DNA of 64,000 nucleotides from Candidatus Woesebacteria bacterium RIFCSPHIGHO2_01_FULL_39_32 (GTDB lineage Bacteria; Patescibacteriota; Microgenomatia; UBA8517): NCBI GenBank assembly GCA_001792345.1, contig MGGJ01000001.1, positions 217,710 to 281,709 of the forward strand, read 5' to 3'. Shown piece by piece: positions 58,794 to 64,000 of this stretch (position 1 is its first letter; each line of letters starts with the position of its first letter). The notes under the pieces were generated by a model. It saw only the letters and a program-made list of their open reading frames with translations, ran no database searches and was not told where the DNA came from. The position numbers and the translations under genes were made by a program.

Positions 58794-59840
58794 TCAAAAG
58801 TTTTCTTTTTTCAAATCAAAGCTAACTTTGTAGGTAAATAAGCTTATGTCTTTTTGATCATATAGTGAATATTTAAGTTTTTCTTCAGCATCAAGTACGA
58901 CAACCGTTCCCTTAACTTTTCTTTCTTCAGCCAGATTTCTTTTTACCCAAGAAATATATCTTAAAGTTTGACCGACAACTGCGTCAGAAGACCTTCCTTT
59001 TTTAAGCTCTATAACAAGATATTCCTTGTCGTCTTTTGACTTTGCCAGAATATCAATAAATCCAATATCTGTGGGGTATTGCTGACTTGTTAGTTCATTT
59101 CCCTCACCATATATAAGATCATATTTTTTACCGAATATTGTTTTGTCCCAATTTGCTATAAGAAAGTCTTCAAGGTGTTTTTCCATTCCGAATACGACAG
59201 GATCTTCGATTCCAAGTTCTTTCAATTCTTCCTCGATTTGTTCTTCATTTTCGTCGACCTTTCCTGCAAAAGGACTTGCGCCTGCAATATCCCCAAGCAC
59301 TCCGTCAAGTTGCCACAAACTTATATTGTGCATATTTGATAATTCTAAAAGAACTTCATTAATTTTTTTGAATTTATCACCAAATTTATAGTTTCTTTGA
59401 AAACTCGGAAAAAGGTTAAGTTTTTTAAGAGCAGCCTCACTTTTGGTATTCCAGATACCATATTTTTCAGGGTAAACAACCATAAGAATTGCTGTAATAA
59501 TTGCCCTTCCTATGCCTTTAACCCAGTAACCTCCATTTTCAATAAACTCTGTATTTAAACGCTTCTCTAGGGTTAATTTCTCATCCAATACATGCTTTAA
59601 AAATCGTTTGAGGGCATTCATATCGGAAGTAATAATATTTCCTTGCCTATGAATTCCTTCCCAATGCAGATTGTTTTTAATAAGAAGAAAAGATTTAAAG
59701 TCCTCCTTGGTAAGTTTATCCAAATTTTTGGGTTGAAAAAGCTGACCGTATTTGCCGATAACTTGCTGTTCAGAAGTACCTTGCCACCAAGGATCATTTA
59801 CAGCTTTTTCTTTGATAACCTTCTCAATCACAGAACTCAT
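58794..59840 (-). CDS. PD-(D/E)xK nuclease with NucS-C/DUF91-type endonuclease domain fused to an unknown N-terminal domain
   Basis: C-terminal IGFIDILAKSKDDKEYLVIELKKGRSSDAVVGQTLRYISWV matches the GxIDLLAxD...LVVIELKRG...QLLRY signature of NucS/EndoMS C-domains. Confidence 0.55.
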   Translation of the reverse strand: MSSVIEKVIKEKAVNDPWWQGTSEQQVIGKYGQLFQPKNLDKLTKEDFKSFLLIKNNLHWEGIHRQGNIITSDMNALKRFLKHVLDEKLTLEKRLNTEFIENGGYWVKGIGRAIITAILMVVYPEKYGIWNTKSEAALKKLNLFPSFQRNYKFGDKFKKINEVLLELSNMHNISLWQLDGVLGDIAGASPFAGKVDENEEQIEEELKELGIEDPVVFGMEKHLEDFLIANWDKTIFGKKYDLIYGEGNELTSQQYPTDIGFIDILAKSKDDKEYLVIELKKGRSSDAVVGQTLRYISWVKRNLAEERKVKGTVVVLDAEEKLKYSLYDQKDISLFTYKVSFDLKKENF

Positions 59841-59899
59841 ACTATAGGGAATTATACTGCAGGTTTTTTAGTTTGTCGAAAAATTCTTACTTCTTTACA

Positions 59900-59955
59900 G
59901 AATTATGGCCTTGCCTTTCAAAGCATTAGCGATGGTGGAGGACAAATTTGAAGAA
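59900..59955 (+). repeat. 55-bp direct repeat copy 2
   Basis: See 56902-56960. Together the two copies bracket a 3-kb module (amidase plus NucS-like nuclease). Confidence 0.7.
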
Positions 59956-59958
59956 CTA

Positions 59959-60264
59959 TCAAGGAGCTTGTAGGTGAAGCTTTTTCTCAACTTTGATAAC
60001 ACGTTTTTCTAGTTTGTTGTGCTCCTCGTGAGTGGGAGCGTCATCTTCAAGATACGCAACTGATTTTCCAATCTTATCTAAACGACTGTTAACTTTCTTA
60101 AATCCTTCTCTCATTTCTTTACGAATTGAGTTCTGGCCAGTTTTCATTCTGCCTTCTAGACCATCCACTTTGCTGTTCACTTTCTTAATTTCTACCAGTA
60201 ACTCTTGTTTCAGCACGCTTTGTCCATTCACGATTTTTCGAAATAGACTTTTTACTTCGTCCAT
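59959..60264 (-). CDS. Small coiled-coil protein (paralog family with 18102-18353 and 61056-61385)
   Basis: Shared KVNSRLDKI ... HEEHNKLEKRVIKVEKKL C-terminal motif. Confidence 0.4.
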   Translation of the reverse strand: MDEVKSLFRKIVNGQSVLKQELLVEIKKVNSKVDGLEGRMKTGQNSIRKEMREGFKKVNSRLDKIGKSVAYLEDDAPTHEEHNKLEKRVIKVEKKLHLQAP

Positions 60265-60358
60265 AATTAAAAGTATATATTAAACGATAGTTTTTATTCA
60301 ATAACATTTTTTGGGTTTTGTGACAGAATTGCAGTCGTTTCAACCAGATACAAAACGC

Positions 60359-60380
60359 GGGGGACAAATTTGAAGAAAAT
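60359..60380 (+). repeat. Island motif copy (GGGGGACAAATTTGAAGAAAAT)
   Basis: Intergenic, ~10 bp from the stop of 60390-60614. Confidence 0.6.
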
Positions 60381-60389
60381 AAAAACTAA

Positions 60390-60614
60390 TTAACGCTCAT
60401 CGTCACCTTTTACTGCAATTTTATTTACTTGTGCTTTAACCTCACCAGGCTTAGAAGAAGTGATATCGATTCTGACTCCCCTTTCAGCTGCCTCTTGCAA
60501 CTTCTCTACTGTCACATTTGTAAGGTCGGCCTCTTTTCCCGCCCTATACAAAGACTGATTAGGAACTCTAGGTTCTCTAAGTTCACTTTCGTCGGGCATA
60601 ACTATATTATACAT
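60390..60614 (-). CDS. Hypothetical small protein
   Basis: 74 aa. The ORF begins ATGTATAAT, so TATAAT may instead be a -10 element with the internal Met as the start. Confidence 0.3.
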   Translation of the reverse strand: MYNIVMPDESELREPRVPNQSLYRAGKEADLTNVTVEKLQEAAERGVRIDITSSKPGEVKAQVNKIAVKGDDER

Positions 60615-60646
60615 TAACGAGAAAGGCTATCAAAAAAATGTTTTTA

Positions 60647-60668
60647 GGGGACAAATTTGAAGAAAATA
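60647..60668 (+). repeat. Island motif copy (GGGGACAAATTTGAAGAAAATA)
   Basis: Intergenic. Confidence 0.6.
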
Positions 60669-60690
60669 TTATTTGCTTCTAAAGAGTAAT

Positions 60691-61029
60691 TTACAAAATC
60701 CCTTTTACATCAAAGATAGTTAAAGTGGGTTCAGCTCCTGCTTCACGAAAAATTAAAATACCAGTAGGAGTTTTTCCCGATTCACGTACCTTTTGTAATG
60801 TTTCCATATCCTTCCAAATACTTATAATCCTCCAGAGACTCGGATTATCAAGACTTTGTATTAGGAAAGACTCGGAAGGACGATTTTTGCTGGTTTTAGC
60901 AAGATTTCGATAGGCGCCCTGCAATGTCTTCCATTTTTTTTCTTTAACAATGCTTTCTAGAGTTGTGATAACCATACAAAAATAGTTTACAAAAAAATAA
61001 TTAATAAGCAAATCGGTAAAGAAAAACAC
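60691..61029 (-). CDS. Hypothetical protein, possibly ABM/Dabb-like alpha+beta barrel
   Basis: About 95-aa core starting at the internal MVITT. The longest ORF runs into the adjacent motif, so the true start is probably internal. Confidence 0.3.
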   Translation of the reverse strand: MFFFTDLLINYFFVNYFCMVITTLESIVKEKKWKTLQGAYRNLAKTSKNRPSESFLIQSLDNPSLWRIISIWKDMETLQKVRESGKTPTGILIFREAGAEPTLTIFDVKGIL

Positions 61030-61050
61030 GGGGTCAAATTTGAAGAAAAT
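61030..61050 (+). repeat. Island motif copy (CGGGGTCAAATTTGAAGAAAA)
   Basis: Abuts the stop of 61056-61385. Confidence 0.6.
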
Positions 61051-61055
61051 ATATT

Positions 61056-61385
61056 TTATACCGATGAATGAATTTGAAGTTTTTTCTCTATCCTTTCAAT
61101 TCTCTGTTCGTGATTATTAACTTTCACATTCAGACCTGAAAGTACTGCATGTTCTTCTCTAATTGCCTTTAGTTCCCCCATAACTTCGTCCATTTTATTA
61201 TAAAAATCATCCTTCGTTGATAAATGTCTAATATCTTCTTTCCTAACAAGAGTTACGTCTTCATCAATAGTAACTTTAACCAAGTCTTTAATTGCATTTA
61301 AATCTCCATCTGTCAAAGTCATATATCTATTTAACTCTGTGAAAGAAATACTGTCAACGCCACATTTTCTACTCCCATATACCAA
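61056..61385 (-). CDS. Small coiled-coil protein (paralog family)
   Basis: C-terminal NHEQRIERIEKKL motif; internal MDEVMGELKAI shared with the 57314-57466 mini-ORF. Confidence 0.4.
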   Translation of the reverse strand: MVYGSRKCGVDSISFTELNRYMTLTDGDLNAIKDLVKVTIDEDVTLVRKEDIRHLSTKDDFYNKMDEVMGELKAIREEHAVLSGLNVKVNNHEQRIERIEKKLQIHSSV

Positions 61386-61410
61386 ATTCTATATGCAAAA
61401 TACCAAAAAA

Positions 61411-61560
61411 CTGGAGTCAAATTTTGAGAAACCAATCCTTATTCCAACATTCTCAAGAATGTGAGAATAGGGAATTACAATTGAGGTATTGAGATAGACA
61501 AAGTCAGGAATACATAGGTCGTTACGAAAAATTCAAGCCGGGGTCAAATTTGGAGGAACA
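61411..61560 (+). repeat. Composite element A (motif 61411-61433, hairpin-forming ATTCCAACATTCTCAAGAATGTGAGAATAG 61441-61470, ~65-nt spacer, motif 61538-61560)
   Basis: Hairpin with ATTCTC / GAGAAT arms and nested CATTCT / AGAATG arms; both motif copies are direct. Confidence 0.65.
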
Positions 61561-62247
61561 CTAAAAGGGAATATCGTCCTGTGCTCCTTCGTTTTGATGC
61601 GGGAAACACAATCTGTATTTGCACCAAGCACAAGTGTCTGATTCTTCGGGAACAGGACCATTTAACAATCCAGAAACTTCGTCAATCAAACCATAAAATG
61701 AATCCATATCCTCAGAAATCTCAAACCAGTTAGGTTTGGATGTAAAATTAACCCCGCCATTATTAAATTCAATTGATTCTGGCGAAACAATAACCACTCC
61801 CATTTTGCTAACATTTTTGGGTTCAATTCCGTTTTGAGGGTTTTCTAAAGCGAATTTATAGGCGTGAAGCTGACTGGAAAACTTTTGCGCCTTATCCTCA
61901 TTTGGGTCTGAAATTTTAAAATCAATGACACTAAAACTTCCGTCGTCGAGTTTGGTCAGAAAATCAAACCTTCCGGAGATATAGCAATCATTTTTTGACG
62001 GAATCGCGGCAGACTTCAAATACCCCTCTGCAACTTGAATTTTCCCTTTCGGAAGCTCGGAACTTAAATCCTGTAAATCCATGCCGACTAAAGATTTTTG
62101 CAGCAATCCATTCATTTTAGAAAACACTCCGGGGATACCAATTGAAGGCAAAGCTATTCCGTACTTAACCTTTTGAAAATAACAATGCTTACAATCGTTC
62201 CAAAGATACCTAAAGTCAGAAGGCGAGAGTTTGTACATTTGAGACAA
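61561..62247 (-). CDS. Cas4-like / RecB-family PD-(D/E)xK nuclease with Fe-S cysteine cluster (DUF83-like)
   Basis: N-terminal CKHC, nuclease motifs GRFDFL and VIDFKIS (D...D-x-K), C-terminal CAWCKYRLC (C-x2-C-x4-C) as in Cas4/AddB iron-sulfur nucleases. No cas genes nearby. Confidence 0.6.
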   Translation of the reverse strand: MSQMYKLSPSDFRYLWNDCKHCYFQKVKYGIALPSIGIPGVFSKMNGLLQKSLVGMDLQDLSSELPKGKIQVAEGYLKSAAIPSKNDCYISGRFDFLTKLDDGSFSVIDFKISDPNEDKAQKFSSQLHAYKFALENPQNGIEPKNVSKMGVVIVSPESIEFNNGGVNFTSKPNWFEISEDMDSFYGLIDEVSGLLNGPVPEESDTCAWCKYRLCFPHQNEGAQDDIPF

Positions 62248-62282
62248 TTATACCGTAATTCCGAACAAAAGTCGAAGAATTA

Positions 62283-62446
62283 TGGGGTCGAATTTGGAAA
62301 CAAATCATTCAGAATTATTCCAACATTCTCAAGAATGTGAGAATAGCGATCGAATGAGTTGGGATTTATAAATTGGTTATTTTGTAGAGGAGTTTGTAGA
62401 GAACGGGGGGATAGAAAATTTGGCAGGGGTCAAATTTAGAAAAAAT
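62283..62446 (+). repeat. Composite element B (motif 62283-62304, hairpin 62317-62346, spacer, motif 62422-62446)
   Basis: About 85% identical over ~120 bp to element C. Confidence 0.7.
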
Positions 62447-62466
62447 TTAGAGAATATTAACCAGTG

Positions 62467-63255
62467 CTACTTTAATTCAAATATAACATCATAATTATTT
62501 CTCGGTTGCCACGAATGATTACTATCGATTATTTCACCATTACCTCCTATTGTCCTTGTAAATACAAACATCTTTCCGTCATCAACTATATTTTGTTCTG
62601 CAAATGCTAATCCTGCTTGTGTTAAAGTGTCTTCCGATTCGACAGTGATAAAATAATCCTTTCCTCCCATCAATTGAACAGAACGATCTAAAGGAAAGAT
62701 AAACAAACTTTCTTTCGCAATGTCAGCCGCTGGAAATTTCCCGGCAGCTAACATATTAGTTAATTCAACAGTTTTCGGGTCATTCAGTTCGTAAATGTTA
62801 AGGATCAATGAATTACCAATACCAAAACTTCCTTTAAATTGGATCGACGAAATTCGCTTATTCTCTTCTTGATGAAAACTTTGTCCCATCTTTTGAGATT
62901 TATCAAACACAAATTTAACTGGTAAATAATTAGTAAAATAAGGAGGATTTTCTAGCTCATTTATTTTTTTAATATACTCGGATATCTGACTTTCTAAACT
63001 GGATATCTCCTCACTTAATCTTTCTTGTTCAGCCTTAGTCTCGGAAATCTCCTGATTTTTTTGTTCTAAACTCTCTGAAATAGAAGATATTTCTTCAGAT
63101 CGTTTGTTGCTTTGCTGATAAAAATAAGCACCAACAGCAATCGCTACTATTAAAAAAATTGAGAAAACAATAATTATAATCCACAATTTTGGTGACTTTT
63201 TTACAACTTGTTCGGGTTGAGTGTCGATTTGACTATTCGAAAGTTGCTGTTCCAC
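62467..63255 (-). CDS. Membrane-anchored coiled-coil protein with C-terminal extracytoplasmic domain
   Basis: GTG start; TM helix at residues 24-45, a Ser/Glu-rich coiled coil, and a 150-aa C-terminal domain. Confidence 0.4.
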   Translation of the reverse strand: MEQQLSNSQIDTQPEQVVKKSPKLWIIIIVFSIFLIVAIAVGAYFYQQSNKRSEEISSISESLEQKNQEISETKAEQERLSEEISSLESQISEYIKKINELENPPYFTNYLPVKFVFDKSQKMGQSFHQEENKRISSIQFKGSFGIGNSLILNIYELNDPKTVELTNMLAAGKFPAADIAKESLFIFPLDRSVQLMGGKDYFITVESEDTLTQAGLAFAEQNIVDDGKMFVFTRTIGGNGEIIDSNHSWQPRNNYDVIFELK

Positions 63256-63328
63256 TTATATAAATTTAAAGTAACTGAAACTTTCAGTCAATAGCCGCCA
63301 ATCGAAAAAATATTTAATAAATATATTT

Positions 63329-63350
63329 TGGGGTCAAATTTGGAGAAACA
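63329..63350 (+). repeat. Island motif copy (TTGGGGTCAAATTTGGAGAAAC)
   Basis: Intergenic between 62467-63255 and 63372-63782. Confidence 0.6.
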
Positions 63351-63371
63351 GTTAAGTATGGAGGTTGCGCT

Positions 63372-63782
63372 CTAATATTTTATAAAAACACTTAAAATGA
63401 GGGGTAATAAAAAATCACTTGCGACAAGAATTGTTGCCAAGATTATCGCAGACCGAGGATTGTTAATTTTAATAGTAACAAATTTTCTGGAACTTAACCA
63501 CAAAATAAGTGAAAAAGCTAATATTTTAAATACGTAATTAATAAAAACCGAAATGATTCCTAAAAACGCAAAGAACGATAACTGTACCATAAATATTTCT
63601 GCTGCCGACCATAATAATTGGAGAAAGAAAGCAAGAACTACAGACGTTTTTAAAGATAAACTTACACCTATTCTAAGCCATTTTGATACATATAAAATAA
63701 TAGCGTTAATTAAAAACTTAATTAATAAACCCAGCAAAATTATTATTAAAAATGCTCGCGCAAAAGATTCAAGCATAAACAA
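63372..63782 (-). CDS. Small polytopic membrane protein (4 TM)
   Basis: Hydrophobicity pattern only. Confidence 0.35.
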   Translation of the reverse strand: MFMLESFARAFLIIILLGLLIKFLINAIILYVSKWLRIGVSLSLKTSVVLAFFLQLLWSAAEIFMVQLSFFAFLGIISVFINYVFKILAFSLILWLSSRKFVTIKINNPRSAIILATILVASDFLLPLILSVFIKY

Positions 63783-63837
63783 ATTATCAGTTTACAATAA
63801 TTAGGTTTATCATGCCAATTTATGTTCAATATTTATT

Positions 63838-63984
63838 CGGTCAAATTGGGAGAGTATTGTGTTATTCCAACATTCTCAAGAATGTGAGAATAGCAATTCA
63901 ATGGGTTGGGATTGGTAAATTGGTTTTTGTATGAGAGAGGGGAGGGGTTAGAAAATTTGGCAGGGGTCAAATTTGGAGAAATAT
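63838..63984 (+). repeat. Composite element C (motif 63838-63854, hairpin 63864-63893, spacer, motif 63958-63984)
   Basis: Same architecture as elements A and B. The island continues beyond the window end. Confidence 0.7.
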
Positions 63985-64000
63985 TCATACGTTCTGCTGT

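Noticed and set aside
61411-63984. Calling the composite elements bona fide integron attC sites
   Set aside because: The CCAAC/GTTGG cores resemble R''/R' boxes, but the spacing between them (~37 nt) is shorter than known attC sites, the terminal positions deviate from RYYYAAC/GTTRRRY, and no intI is in the window. The idea is kept as a hypothesis in findings, not as an annotation.
56902-64000. CRISPR array interpretation of the reiterated GGGGTCAAATTTGGAG motif
   Set aside because: The repeat unit is only about 16-22 bp and is degenerate between copies. The distance between copies ranges from about 100 bp to more than 1 kb, and the intervening sequence contains full ORFs. No cas1, cas2 or effector genes are present. 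The Cas4-like gene alone does not make a CRISPR locus.
1-64000. Alternative genetic code (UGA recoding as in Gracilibacteria/Absconditabacteria)
   Set aside because: All conserved genes (mur, fts, glyS) read full-length with standard stops, and TGA terminates several well-supported ORFs (for example 16599-17117). Code 11 fits.

Overview
This 64-kb window reads as an AT-rich (~35% GC), gene-dense bacterial chromosome segment with short, tightly packed or overlapping genes on a standard genetic code. The gene content (many glycosyltransferases, a FemAB-family gene inside the cell-wall cluster, a short RecO, stand-alone PEP-utilizing swivel-domain proteins) fits a small-genome CPR/Patescibacteria-like organism, but that lineage call is an inference. 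The window falls into four blocks. (1) 1-25.7 kb is a large cell-surface glycan biosynthesis locus: about 8 GT1/GT4 and 5 GT2 glycosyltransferases, 2 GT39/GT83 (PMT/ArnT-like) membrane mannosyltransferase-like proteins plus an unclassified polytopic membrane protein, an O-antigen-ligase-like protein, a hexapeptide acetyltransferase, a CYTH protein, a mannose-1-phosphate guanylyltransferase-like gene, a priming polyprenyl-phosphate sugar transferase and a 666-aa exported protein. Three paralogous proteins with a C-terminal PEP-utilizing phosphohistidine domain interrupt this locus at 16.6-20.8 kb. (2) 25.7-32.4 kb holds housekeeping genes: RecO, a cytoplasmic PAS histidine kinase with a stand-alone receiver, a zinc-ribbon/coiled-coil DUF2130-like protein and glycyl-tRNA synthetase. 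(3) 32.4-54.8 kb is a complete but rearranged division/cell-wall (dcw) cluster, mraZ-rsmH-ftsL-ftsI-murA-murE-murC-murB-murD ... murF-mraY-ftsW-murG-ftsQ-ftsA-ftsZ. Inserted into it are a class-IV aminotransferase, an alpha/beta hydrolase, a DegT-family aminotransferase and a FemAB-family transferase, and there is a candidate MraZ operator upstream of mraZ. (4) 56.9 kb to the window end (island continues past 64000) is an accessory island of small, mostly minus-strand genes. They include an Amidase_3 cell-wall amidase, a NucS/DUF91-type nuclease, a Cas4-like Fe-S nuclease, small coiled-coil paralogs and membrane proteins. A conserved ~20-bp motif (consensus GGGGTCAAATTTGGAGAAA, core palindrome TCAAATTTGA) punctuates the island at least 14 times. 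Three copies sit in ~150-bp composite elements built as motif-hairpin-spacer-motif, and a 55-bp direct repeat pair flanks a 3-kb module. This repeat-punctuated, cassette-like island carrying nucleases is the most unusual structure in the window and my best candidate for an undescribed mobile, defense or phage-derived system. No rRNA, tRNA or CRISPR array was found.
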